Source: Chloroflexota bacterium (lineage in GTDB: Bacteria; Chloroflexota; Dehalococcoidia; Lucifugimonadales; JADFKI01). From it: a DNA stretch of 64,000 bases. The stretch spans positions 32,001-96,000 of the forward strand of contig JAQBUT010000003.1 of NCBI GenBank assembly GCA_027623195.1. The letters are read 5' to 3'. The notes under the pieces were generated by a model. The model was not told where the DNA came from. It did no database searches and saw nothing but the letters and a program-made list of their open reading frames with translations. Each line of letters starts with the position of its first letter. Positions within the stretch are counted from its first letter, which is position 1. This document shows positions 30,663 through 40,385 of the stretch, piece after piece. A program made the position numbers and the translations under genes.

Positions 30663-31844
30663 ATGGTATCTGCAGACTGGGGCTCGATCTACAAGGAGCT
30701 TGGGGCGAAGCCCATAATCAACGCCACGGGCAGCGTGACCTTGCTGGGAGGCTCTACGCCTGTCCCGGAGGTCCGGGAGGCCATGGAAAGGGCTTCGGAG
30801 GCCTACATACCCCTCATGGAGCTTGAGGAGAGGGCCGGTAAGTACATTGCCGACCTGACCAACGTTCCTGCTGCGTACATCACCTCTGGCGCCGGCTCAG
30901 CGCTTACGCTGGCTACCGCCGCCATCATGGCCGGTGACGACGATGACAAGATTCAGCAGTTGCCGGACACCACCGGGATGAAGAACGAGATACTCATCCA
31001 AAACCGGCAACGATACATGCAGCACTACTGGTACGACCGATGCTTGGAGCTTGCTGGGGCCAGGTTGGTTGACTTCGGCAGCGAGGAGCGCACAACACCA
31101 CAGGACCTGGAAGATGCCATCGGGCCTAACACTGCTGCGGTGCACTACTACGCGGTGGAGCAGAGCCTCGACCCGCTAGCATTATCTCTTGAGGAGACCA
31201 TCGAGATTGCCCACGGCAAGGGCCTGCCTGTTACGGTGGATGCGGCAGGGCAGATATACCCTCTGGAGAACTTCGGCAAGTACGTGCGCATGGGGGCCGA
31301 CTTCCAGTGCATAGCTGCCAAATACCTGGGCGCATCCCAGTCGGTTGGCCTGGCTTTGGGTACCGAGGAGATGATATACAAGCTTGGCTTGCAGGCCTTT
31401 GCCTCTTACGAGGGCAGGCGTGTGCGTGGCGTGGGCAGGCCCCACAAGGTGGACCGGCAGGAGATGATTGGCTGCGTCGCGGCCGTAAAGCGCTGGATGA
31501 CCATGAACCATGAGGAACGCCTGGCCGTCGCAGAGACTCGCTCACAGACCATTGTTTCTCGCCTGAACAGTGTTCCCGGCTTGCGGGCTGAAATGCTTGA
31601 AAACATCATTGGCCACCAGCCCTTTGGCCTGAACCTCTGGGTAGACGAAGGCGTAACGGGCATGACAGCATTGCAAGTAGTGGACAGGCTAAAGGCTGGC
31701 GATCCGCCTATCTGGACGCGGGTCCGCGACTGGGAGGACTTCATCACCATTCACATGTTCGGCCTGAATGAGGGCGAAGAGCATATCGTCGGTGATAGGA
31801 TTGCCGCGCTGTTCGAATATCCTGAGTTCTCGAACAATAGTTAA
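30663..31844 (+). CDS. SelA-like/DgaE-like PLP-dependent enzyme
   Basis: LG.KPIINATG..T.LGGS, ITSGAG, VDAAG, GAD...AAKYLG, GVGRPHKV. Confidence 0.85.
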   Translation: MVSADWGSIYKELGAKPIINATGSVTLLGGSTPVPEVREAMERASEAYIPLMELEERAGKYIADLTNVPAAYITSGAGSALTLATAAIMAGDDDDKIQQLPDTTGMKNEILIQNRQRYMQHYWYDRCLELAGARLVDFGSEERTTPQDLEDAIGPNTAAVHYYAVEQSLDPLALSLEETIEIAHGKGLPVTVDAAGQIYPLENFGKYVRMGADFQCIAAKYLGASQSVGLALGTEEMIYKLGLQAFASYEGRRVRGVGRPHKVDRQEMIGCVAAVKRWMTMNHEERLAVAETRSQTIVSRLNSVPGLRAEMLENIIGHQPFGLNLWVDEGVTGMTALQVVDRLKAGDPPIWTRVRDWEDFITIHMFGLNEGEEHIVGDRIAALFEYPEFSNNS

Positions 31845-31849
31845 ATGAA

Positions 31850-31875
31850 AAAGGGTCCGTCTTGGCGGACCCTTT
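31850..31875. terminator. probable bidirectional intrinsic terminator
   Basis: AAAGGGTCCGTC-TT-GGCGGACCCTTT between convergent genes. Confidence 0.75.
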
Positions 31876-31966
31876 GGTTTAGCCGGTTCATACGCGCCAC
31901 CAGATATATTCGGAGGTCTGCCAGAGCACTCGTCTGGTTTCGGTTTAGGCCGGTGCCTGGCTAGGC

Positions 31967-33085
31967 CTAGTAGCTCTGGAAGAGCTGGCCCCAGTCAGTT
32001 TCCAGGGCGTCTTTTACGCGCTTGCGACCTCGGAAGGGCATCCAATAGGCGTTGTGGTACGTGTTGGATGCCGCTATGCCTACGTTGATCAGGGGCGACC
32101 GGGTCAGGACGTTCTCTAGCGACCGGAATGGCCCCCAGTAGACTGACTTCTGGCTGCGGCTGAACAGCGTGTTCTCAGCACCGGTGAAGTGCCAGTTTAC
32201 GTTCTCGATGTCCTCGCCAACGACCTCGATATTGCTCACGTCGGCGCAACCCAGACCCATCTCGTGGGCCATCCAGAGGAACTTGATGCTCATGGGGTCA
32301 AAGCCCATCATCTTGGCGGCCACGGCATCCACAGCCACCTGGTCTGCGCCAGCCAGGATGACGTTCTTGATGTGCCAACGCATGGCCCTCGGCCCCGCGC
32401 CATCGCCAGCAAAGGTGCCGTCGGTGACGGCGAAAATGCCCGGGTGAATCTCCTTCTGAATCTGCAACAGGTCCACCAGCGTCTCGTGTATGACGGGGTG
32501 AGTCCAGTGGCGTTGGTGGTTCAGCAGGCCGCCGAAGGCGTTCTTCATCGCGCCGGTAATCGTCGTGAATACGTGGGTCTTCATCGTAGGCAAATGCAGG
32601 ATGTTCTTACCGGGAAAGACTTCCGGAATCTGGAAACCCTTGGGGTATACCTGGTCCAGGGCGATCATCTTGGCTTTGGGGTGGAAGTCCATCCAGGGGA
32701 CCTCTTCCAGGTGCAGGCTCTCGAGGCCATGGGACTGCTCGACGACTCGATGTTTGTTGGCGACTTCGCCTTCGCGGGCATCCACTACTACCGTGCCGTT
32801 GTGGGTGGGTATCAGGTCTGTGTATCCGTCCTCTTTCAACGTGCGAATTACGCCATCCAATTGCCAGGGCGAAGTTGAGCACGCTGGGAAGTAGTACTGC
32901 CAGGAGATGTTGGCCTTAAGCAGCGTCTTGTTTTCCTTAGGCAGATGCTTCTGGTAGTCGGCCAGCCTCATGGCCCGGCCAATGTCTTCCAAGACGGTGT
33001 CAGGCGTGGTGTAGACCACCGCCACTTTGGACCTGGTGGCCGTAACGCTGGACTGTGGTGTCTCTTCTCGTGGTGCTGTTGCCAT
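31967..33085 (-). CDS. DUF362 domain protein
   Basis: LLKANISW...ST.PWQL, LPTMKTH...TGAMKNAFGG, D.VAVDAV.AKMMGFDP. Confidence 0.85.
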   Translation of the reverse strand: MATAPREETPQSSVTATRSKVAVVYTTPDTVLEDIGRAMRLADYQKHLPKENKTLLKANISWQYYFPACSTSPWQLDGVIRTLKEDGYTDLIPTHNGTVVVDAREGEVANKHRVVEQSHGLESLHLEEVPWMDFHPKAKMIALDQVYPKGFQIPEVFPGKNILHLPTMKTHVFTTITGAMKNAFGGLLNHQRHWTHPVIHETLVDLLQIQKEIHPGIFAVTDGTFAGDGAGPRAMRWHIKNVILAGADQVAVDAVAAKMMGFDPMSIKFLWMAHEMGLGCADVSNIEVVGEDIENVNWHFTGAENTLFSRSQKSVYWGPFRSLENVLTRSPLINVGIAASNTYHNAYWMPFRGRKRVKDALETDWGQLFQSY

Positions 33086-33295
33086 GTAGATTCCCCTTCG
33101 ATTTTGGCAAATAATCGTGATGCCGTCGCGAATCCTATCGGTGTCTTACCGGATATTGGGACTGCTACGGGATGATTTTATCAGACACCTGGCATCGGGG
33201 CATCGGTTGAATAGCAGACGTTGAGGGGAGTTGGCCTGCATGTTCTAAATTCAGTTGCCTGATACCCTGGTCCATGAATGCCGTTGTAGTCCAAC

Positions 33296-34849
33296 TTAAT
33301 CCAAAAAATCTCGCAGCCTCTTGGAACGACTCGGGTGGCGTAGCTTGCGTAGTGCTTTGGCCTCTATCTGGCGGATTCGTTCACGTGTAACGCCGAAGTC
33401 CAGACCAACCTCTTCCAGAGTGCGGCTGCGACCGTCCTCCAGCCCAAACCGGAGTTGAAGAACCCTGGACTCTCGCTCGCTGAGGCTGTGCAGGACCTCC
33501 TCGACTTCCTCCCGAAGCACCCGGTATGATGCTGCTTCGGCAGGGGCCAGGGTTGCTCTGTCCTCGATAAAGTCACCCAGATGGCTATCCTCTTCCTCAC
33601 CTATGGGCGTCTCTAACGAGACCGGCTCCTGGGATAGCTTCAAAATCTCTCGGACCTTCTCGGGGGAGACCTCCATGGTCTTGCCAATTTCCTCGCTAGT
33701 GGGCTCGCGTCCGTACTCCTGCACCAGCCGTCGGCTAATGCGCAGCAGCTTGTTTATGGTTTCCACCATGTGGACGGGTATTCGTATGGTGCGGGCCTGG
33801 TCGGCAATGGCCCTGGTGATGGCCTGTCGAATCCACCAGGTGGCGTAAGTGCTGAATTTGTAGCCCTTACGGTAATCGAACTTCTGCACGGCGCGGATGA
33901 GCCCTATGTTGCCTTCCTGCACCAGGTCCAGCAGTGACATACCTCTGCCGATGTACTTCTTGGCTACGCTGACCACAAGCCTGAGGTTGGCCTCCGCAAG
34001 GTGTCTCTGAGCTTTGGCGCCGTCCTCTTTGACCTTCTCTATGTGGCCGTGGAAGACGATGTCGTGTGACTCCACGGAGTCCTTGAAGGCCTGGGATTCG
34101 GCAATGGCCTCCAACTCTGCTATGGTGGGCTCGCTTTTCAGGCTCTCCAGAATCTCCTTTGGCAGCAGGCGGGTGTTTAGCGCCAGCTTACGCAGGTCGG
34201 CCTTGGCCTGGTCCGGCTCAATGTTCAGAATTTCCGAGATGAAGTTAAGCATCTCTTCGGGAAGCTCGCCGTCCAGCACGTCCCGCATCTGGGGGTCTGA
34301 GACCAGATCATTGAGAGTCCTGGCGCCATCCAGGCCGATGTATCGGCTGAGGGCGTGCACAAGGTCCTTGGACTCGCAAATGCTTTTCAGGAACTGCTGA
34401 ACGAACATCCACGCTCTAGGCACGTTGCCTACGGATTTCTTGAGCTCGGATTCTACGCCTTCGACGTGTTTAAATGCCTCGATCCGGCGTGCAAGCGTGC
34501 GCTCGTCTGCGGCCTTTAGCAGGCCTACCCGTCCGATTTCCCTAAGGTACATTCGGACCGGGTCGTCGGTCATATCAACGTTGTCTAGGCTCTTATCCCA
34601 GACAGGGTTAAATGTCGACTCGTCCTCATCTTCATCCTCCTCCTCGTCTTCGTCCACGTCATCCGGATCGAAGTCAGGCTCGACTTCTTTACCGGTGCGG
34701 TTGACTGGTTTGGAGGACTCATCAGAGTCGCCGTACGAGAGTTTGTCGTCGCCCGATTGGCGGTTGTTAAGGATCTCATTGGCGGAAATTGGCTGCTTAG
34801 AGCCTGTTGCAAGGTCTTCCGAGTCCTCGCCGTCCAGAGATTTGTTCAT
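33296..34849 (-). CDS. rpoD: primary sigma factor RpoD
   Basis: [80 protein letters not shown]. Confidence 0.97.
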   Translation of the reverse strand: MNKSLDGEDSEDLATGSKQPISANEILNNRQSGDDKLSYGDSDESSKPVNRTGKEVEPDFDPDDVDEDEEEDEDEDESTFNPVWDKSLDNVDMTDDPVRMYLREIGRVGLLKAADERTLARRIEAFKHVEGVESELKKSVGNVPRAWMFVQQFLKSICESKDLVHALSRYIGLDGARTLNDLVSDPQMRDVLDGELPEEMLNFISEILNIEPDQAKADLRKLALNTRLLPKEILESLKSEPTIAELEAIAESQAFKDSVESHDIVFHGHIEKVKEDGAKAQRHLAEANLRLVVSVAKKYIGRGMSLLDLVQEGNIGLIRAVQKFDYRKGYKFSTYATWWIRQAITRAIADQARTIRIPVHMVETINKLLRISRRLVQEYGREPTSEEIGKTMEVSPEKVREILKLSQEPVSLETPIGEEEDSHLGDFIEDRATLAPAEAASYRVLREEVEEVLHSLSERESRVLQLRFGLEDGRSRTLEEVGLDFGVTRERIRQIEAKALRKLRHPSRSKRLRDFLD

Positions 34850-35052
34850 ATATTAGCAACCCCGTTCGTCGGCCCCCAGGCGGTGTATCGGCGCTAATTA
34901 GGCTCCGATCACAGATACCACGCACTGGTACAAGACCTCATTTAATACAAGTGGAGACTGCTTATATATACCTCAATCCACGGCGTTACTAACCTGAATT
35001 TGGCCATGCGTAGGGGTTTAAAAGGTGTGCAGAAGGGTTGAGAGGAGAGGCG

Positions 35053-36867
35053 CTACTCGGCAAGTTTGATAGCGGCGTTAACGTTGGCGATTTCAAGCTC
35101 AAGGTCGCGAGACGGTGGCGTGCTCTCGTCGCCGGTGTCCAGAAGCGTCTCTTGAAGCTCCTTAAAGTGGCGATTCCGAAGTCTGCGAATGCACTGGTCC
35201 AGGGCCCTTTCAGACGCACTGTAGTCGGCTGGCGTTATCTCTGTGGTGAACAGGAACTCCAGGCGGTCGTGTAGGGACTCGTCTAGCGAATTTCTGAGCT
35301 CTTCCATGGAGGAGGACATCAACCACCTGCTCAAAATCTCCCTGTGTTCGGCGCTACGGAAGTTGTCAGGGGAGAATTCGGCCATCATCTCTTTGAACTC
35401 GGGCCTCCGAATCAGCAAGGCCATGGTGTAGTCCTCCAGCGCAGCCTCAGGGCTTGCGCCGAGGGTAGTCCCTGATATCCCTGGCGAGTTCCCACGTGAC
35501 GCGGTGTTCGAGCGGGTCCGGCGAGGAGCCTGGGGACGCGGCAGGCTTGCCATAAGCGCTTCTCTCGTCACGCCTATAGCATCTGCCAGCTTTCGGAGGT
35601 ACCGGTCCTGATCGAAGGCATCCTGGGCGGCGATAAGCGGGAATACCGTCTCCACCACCTGTGTCTTGCCCTGGCCGGTGCTTGTGTCGAACCGGGAAGC
35701 GATGGCCGGAATGAGGTAGTCCATCAGCGGCTCGGCTTCTTGGGTGATTCTCTCCCACTCCTTGGCATCGTGGCGAATCAGCTCGTCCGGGTCGCGTCCG
35801 TCCGGCAACGCGGCAATCTTGAGAGTGACGGCGTCCCGTTGATAAAGAACGCCCAATGACCTGTTCCGTGCGGCCGCCATCTGGCCTCCCAGGACTTTCC
35901 AAGAGGCCTCCAGGCTACGAAGCGTAGCCTCCTGTCCCGCGACATCCGGGTCTAACGCCAGAACGAAATTGGTGGCCAGCGACTTTAGCAGCGCCACCTG
36001 ATTCTCCGTAAGTGCGGTGCCCATGCTAGCGACAACGTTAGTGTAGCCAAACTGGTGCGCGGCAATAACATCCATGTAGCCTTCAACCACGATGCCAGTG
36101 TTGCTGTCTCTTATTGGGGCGTTGGCCAGGTGCAGGGCGTATAGCGTATTGCGCTTGTCGAAAATGGGCGTCGCCGAGGTATTGATGTACTTTGGGTTGT
36201 ATCCCTGGTCGTTAACCGGCGTGCTGTCCATCAGCCTGGCCCCGAATCCGGTAACCCTTCCCTGGCGGTCGTGGATGGGGAACATAAGGCGTCCTCGGAA
36301 AAAATCCCAGGTGCGGCCCTCTTCGTTACGGTAAATCAGTCCGGCCTGGATAGCCTCTTCCTCAGAGGCGTCCAGGCCTTTGAGGTAATTCTTGAGACCG
36401 TCCCAGCCACTCGGACTAAATCCAAGCTGGAACTTCTCTGCCGTGGCCTTATCAACGCCTCTGCCATCCAGGTACTTGCGAGCCTCCGCGCCTTGCGAGG
36501 CGGCGAGCTGCTCCTGGTAAAAGGTCGCGGCCAACTGGTTGATGCGCTGAAGGATGTCGCGTCGGTCGCTTTCGACCTTGCTCTGAGGTGTTATTTCGAC
36601 GCCGGCTTTCTGGGCTAGCAATCGAAGGGTGTCTCCGAATTCCAGGCCCTCCTGCCGCATGACGAAGGTGAAGGCGTCGCCGCCCGTGGCGCACGCGCCG
36701 AAGCAGCGCCAGCTCTGGCGCTCCGGGTTCACCACAAAGGACGGCGTTCGCTCGTTGTGGAAGGGGCAGTTGGCCTTGAAGTTGCGGCCTGCCTTGATTA
36801 GCGCAACGTATCCGGACACCACGTCCACGATGTCCAGTCGGGCCTTGACATCATCAACAACTGTCAT
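35053..36867 (-). CDS. dnaG: DNA primase
   Basis: CPFHNERTPSF...CFGAC, RLMFPI, KYINT, VEGYMDV, DPD.AG, DPDELI. Confidence 0.97.
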   Translation of the reverse strand: MTVVDDVKARLDIVDVVSGYVALIKAGRNFKANCPFHNERTPSFVVNPERQSWRCFGACATGGDAFTFVMRQEGLEFGDTLRLLAQKAGVEITPQSKVESDRRDILQRINQLAATFYQEQLAASQGAEARKYLDGRGVDKATAEKFQLGFSPSGWDGLKNYLKGLDASEEEAIQAGLIYRNEEGRTWDFFRGRLMFPIHDRQGRVTGFGARLMDSTPVNDQGYNPKYINTSATPIFDKRNTLYALHLANAPIRDSNTGIVVEGYMDVIAAHQFGYTNVVASMGTALTENQVALLKSLATNFVLALDPDVAGQEATLRSLEASWKVLGGQMAAARNRSLGVLYQRDAVTLKIAALPDGRDPDELIRHDAKEWERITQEAEPLMDYLIPAIASRFDTSTGQGKTQVVETVFPLIAAQDAFDQDRYLRKLADAIGVTREALMASLPRPQAPRRTRSNTASRGNSPGISGTTLGASPEAALEDYTMALLIRRPEFKEMMAEFSPDNFRSAEHREILSRWLMSSSMEELRNSLDESLHDRLEFLFTTEITPADYSASERALDQCIRRLRNRHFKELQETLLDTGDESTPPSRDLELEIANVNAAIKLAE

Positions 36868-36964
36868 AGTTCTTCTTTTGGATATTTAGCGGAAGCCATT
36901 TTATAAGTTGTACTAATCGGAGTCGGTAGGATCAATTTTAAGTAGCTTACGTCTGGGCAACGGG

Positions 36965-37345
36965 TTAGCCTTCGTCGGGTTGTCCGTATGCGTACTCGGC
37001 GATTCGGGTCAGAGGCTCACGGACGCTTTGCAGGTGCCAGGCCACGTGGTCGATAGACGCGCGAAGGTCCGTGAGGGCGTCGCCCACCATCTCCCAGCCT
37101 CGTTCTCCCTTTAGCATGTTCTGCAGCCGTTCAGCGAATTCCTGTTGTGCGCCCCACAGGTCACCCAGGTCTGTGCAGACACTGGAAAGGTCTTCGTTCA
37201 TGTCTTGTGGCAGGCCCATCTCCTGCAACATTATGACAACGCTGTGGGCCATTAGGGAGTTCTTCCGAGCCTGCATCAGGTCGGCTTCAAGCTCTGTTAC
37301 TACGAAATCGCTTTGCTCAGAATTCAAATCTTTTGTCCTCGTCAA
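36965..37345 (-). CDS. hypothetical helical protein
   Basis: 126 aa ORF between dgt and dnaG, coding-like. Confidence 0.6.
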   Translation of the reverse strand: MTRTKDLNSEQSDFVVTELEADLMQARKNSLMAHSVVIMLQEMGLPQDMNEDLSSVCTDLGDLWGAQQEFAERLQNMLKGERGWEMVGDALTDLRASIDHVAWHLQSVREPLTRIAEYAYGQPDEG

Positions 37346-37447
37346 TCAGTCGATGGCTTGGCATATGCAGGCATTAGGAAGAAAATCGTGCTACCTAACT
37401 CCGCCCTTCCAATCGAGCCAACGTCTTAATCATCATGGCCACGCTTA

Positions 37448-37708
37448 TTATTGAAATGTAGCGTAGTGGGAGATATACATCGTCCACAGCTCTTTTATCA
37501 TATCCAGGGACTGTTTCTGCGGGTCCTCGGCCATCTCATTTATCTGTCCGAATGCAGACTTCCAAAGCTCGTCCACCTCAAGCTTCCACGGCGCGTACTC
37601 CAGCCCGTGGGCGTCGCGCTGCATCGCTTCCAGGTGCTCGCGAATCCGCTTGACCTGGTTGCTAACCGTGCGGGTCCTAACTCTGTCTGCTGGTGTCACA
37701 ATCGGCAT
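37448..37708 (-). CDS. hypothetical protein
   Basis: 86 aa; TAATG overlap with the dgt stop (translational coupling). Confidence 0.7.
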   Translation of the reverse strand: MPIVTPADRVRTRTVSNQVKRIREHLEAMQRDAHGLEYAPWKLEVDELWKSAFGQINEMAEDPQKQSLDMIKELWTMYISHYATFQ

Positions 37709-38799
37709 TATAGCAATCTCTCTGAAAAAATCTTGGAAATGCCAGGCTCTATTCGCTCAGCCGTGCGCAAGGCGTACCGATCCGTCATGCCGGACACGAA
37801 GTCGGCTACCTCTTCAGCCTCTGACCTGCTTCGAAGGGCGTACTCCGTCGGAATTTCGTGTCGCGCCTCGCTAAAGTAGTGGTACAACAGCCGTATGATG
37901 CGCCGCGCCGTTTCGCCTTCTTCGCCGCTGTCTTTAGGTAGGTACACGTTCTGGAACATGAACTCTCGAAGCTCCATAAACGGACCCTGTAGGCCTTCGC
38001 TCATGGATATTATCGGCTCTTTCTTTAGCTCGCCTTGCGGCCCAGAAGATTCCCCTGAGGCAGACCAGGAGCTTTCTACGATGTCCGAAACCATGTTGTT
38101 GATGCGCTGCGAGTGGCTGTTCCCCAGCGCAGATATTACGTTTTGGGGTAGGTCGTTCTCGTTCAGCACACCGGCTCGAAAGGCGTCCAACAGATCGTGG
38201 TTCAGGTAGGCCACCGCGTCGGATATCCGAACGATTTGGCCCTCCAGAGTCAGGTCCTCGTCAGTGACGCCCGCCAGGAAGTTGCCCCGGGGCTTGGAGT
38301 GGAGAACGATGCCCTGACGGACCTCCCACGTGAGATTGAGGCCCTGGCCGTCCTTTTCGATCTGGTCTACGATGCGCAGACTCTGGTTGCTGTGCCTGAA
38401 ACCGCTGGGGTGGATGGAGTTCAGCTCGTCCTCGCCGATGTGACCGAAGGGAGTGTGGCCCATGTCATGGCCCATAGCGATGGCCTCGGCCAGGTCCTCA
38501 TTCAGATTCAGGGCCCTAGCAATGGTCCGTGCTATCTGGGAGACCTCTAGCGTGTGGCTAAGCCGGGTGACGTAATGGTCTCCCAGCGGCGCGATGAAGA
38601 CCTGAGTTTTGTGTTTGAGCCGTCGGAAGGCCTTGCAGTGAATGATGCGGTCCCGGTCTCTCTGGTAATCCGTGCGCAGGAGCGAAGCCTCTTCCGGAAC
38701 AGCCCTGCCTTGGGAGCCTGCAGACCGGGCCGCGTAGGGCGAGAGGGTATCCTCTCTTGCCTCCAGGCGTCGCCTGATCGAATCATCGGTAATGGGCAT
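37708..38799 (-). CDS. dgt: deoxyguanosinetriphosphate triphosphohydrolase (HD family)
   Basis: QRDRDRIIH.KAFRRLKHKTQVF, TRLSHTLEV, GHDMGHTPFGH.GE, DFVSGMTDRYA. Confidence 0.95.
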   Translation of the reverse strand: MPITDDSIRRRLEAREDTLSPYAARSAGSQGRAVPEEASLLRTDYQRDRDRIIHCKAFRRLKHKTQVFIAPLGDHYVTRLSHTLEVSQIARTIARALNLNEDLAEAIAMGHDMGHTPFGHIGEDELNSIHPSGFRHSNQSLRIVDQIEKDGQGLNLTWEVRQGIVLHSKPRGNFLAGVTDEDLTLEGQIVRISDAVAYLNHDLLDAFRAGVLNENDLPQNVISALGNSHSQRINNMVSDIVESSWSASGESSGPQGELKKEPIISMSEGLQGPFMELREFMFQNVYLPKDSGEEGETARRIIRLLYHYFSEARHEIPTEYALRSRSEAEEVADFVSGMTDRYALRTAERIEPGISKIFSERLL

Positions 38800-39071
38800 C
38801 CCAAACTCCGGCTCGTCGTACTTCCGCGCTTTGAGATTCTACATAAAAAAGGCCTCGTATTCCACGCTCGGGAGCATACGGTACTTTCCGAAGTTTTTGG
38901 ACAGGTAGGCATCTTTTAAAAGTCCAGAAAATACGCAATTATTCTCGAGAGATTACGTTCCCTAAAACCTATTTGACGGCAGGGGTGCAGGGGAATAAAC
39001 TTATTTGACCTTACCCTAGTTGCAGCCCCGTAAACTGGGGGAGGGCTTGGCGACGAAATAGGAGGCCCCAC

Positions 39072-40229
39072 ATGGTGGACTACGACCAGATGGCGATTGA
39101 TTTACACGCCAAAAACCGGGGGAAGATATCCGTAAAATCCAAGGTACCCCTAGTAACGATGGACGACCTGTCCACCGCGTATACCCCGGGTGTGGCGGCA
39201 GTCTGTATGGAGATTGCCAGGGACAAGTCCAAGGCATACGAGTTAACCAACAAGGGCAACATGGTCGCGGTGGTTAGCGATGGTTCCGCTGTGTTGGGCC
39301 TGGGCAACATTGGCCCCGAGGGCTCCATGCCTGTTATGGAAGGGAAGGCCGTGCTCTTCAAAGAGCTGGCCGACATCGACGCTTGGCCAATCTGTATCTC
39401 AGCCCACGAGCCGGAAGAGATTATACTGATAGTCCGTAGCCTGGGACCAACCTTCGGCGCAATTAACCTTGAGGACATCGCTGCCCCAAAGTGCTTCATC
39501 GTGGAAGAGGCTTTGCAGGACATGGGCATTCCAGTCTTTCACGACGACCAGCACGGCACGGCCGTTGTAGTTCTGGCTGCCATGATTAACGCCCTCAAAG
39601 TTGTTAATAAAGAGTTCCGGGACATCAAGGTAGTCTTCAGCGGCGCAGGAGCCAGTGGCATTGCATGCGCCAAGATTTTGCAGGTTATGGGCGTGGAGAA
39701 CATCATTCTGGTGGACACGCGAGGCACCATCTACAAGGGGCGCCCAGACCTCACGTCTGTCAAAGAAGAGATGTCGATGACCACCAATCCTGAAAACATC
39801 CGAGGCGACGTGCACGAGGCCATCAAGGGCGCTGACGTGTTCATCGGTCTGTCCACGGCCAACTTGCTCACAGCAGACGATATTCATTCGATGCACAAGG
39901 ATGCCATTGTTCTGGCAATGGCAAATCCTATGCCTGAAATATCGCCCGAAGAGGCCAAGAAGGGCGGCGCTAGGATTGTTGGCACTGGTCGTAGCGACCT
40001 GCCGAACCAGATTAACAACGTGCTGGCATTCCCAGGTATCATTCGAGGCGCGATGGACGTCCGTGCAGATCGCATCACCACTCGAATGAAGATCGCCGCC
40101 GGCCACGCCATCGCGGCGCTGGTGGAAGAGCCTACTCCCGACGAGATCATTCCATACCCGCTAAACCCGGCTGTTGTGCCTGCCGTAGCCAAGGCTGTAG
40201 CCGACGCCTGGAATACAGAGCTACACTAA
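39072..40229 (+). CDS. NAD(P)-dependent malic enzyme (short form)
   Basis: AYTPGVA, VSDGSAVLGLGNIG, PVMEGKA.LFK, INLEDI.AP.CF, FHDDQHGT, AMANP.PE, TGRSD.PNQINNVLAFPG. Confidence 0.95.
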   Translation: MVDYDQMAIDLHAKNRGKISVKSKVPLVTMDDLSTAYTPGVAAVCMEIARDKSKAYELTNKGNMVAVVSDGSAVLGLGNIGPEGSMPVMEGKAVLFKELADIDAWPICISAHEPEEIILIVRSLGPTFGAINLEDIAAPKCFIVEEALQDMGIPVFHDDQHGTAVVVLAAMINALKVVNKEFRDIKVVFSGAGASGIACAKILQVMGVENIILVDTRGTIYKGRPDLTSVKEEMSMTTNPENIRGDVHEAIKGADVFIGLSTANLLTADDIHSMHKDAIVLAMANPMPEISPEEAKKGGARIVGTGRSDLPNQINNVLAFPGIIRGAMDVRADRITTRMKIAAGHAIAALVEEPTPDEIIPYPLNPAVVPAVAKAVADAWNTELH

Positions 40230-40385
40230 GCGCGACTTTTTTCTAGGGGGCTCTGCGGCATCCGGGGGATAGGTCAGGCATCGCCTATTCGCTATTTGTT
40301 GAATCACAGGATAAATAAAATATTATCCCTTTGCCGGATACCCCCCAAGAGCTGCCTATCCGAAAAAAATCAGGGAGAATATGAC

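Noticed and set aside
30663..31844. Selenocysteine synthase selA
   Set aside because: Shorter SelA-like/DgaE-type protein with no selB/selC/selD context.
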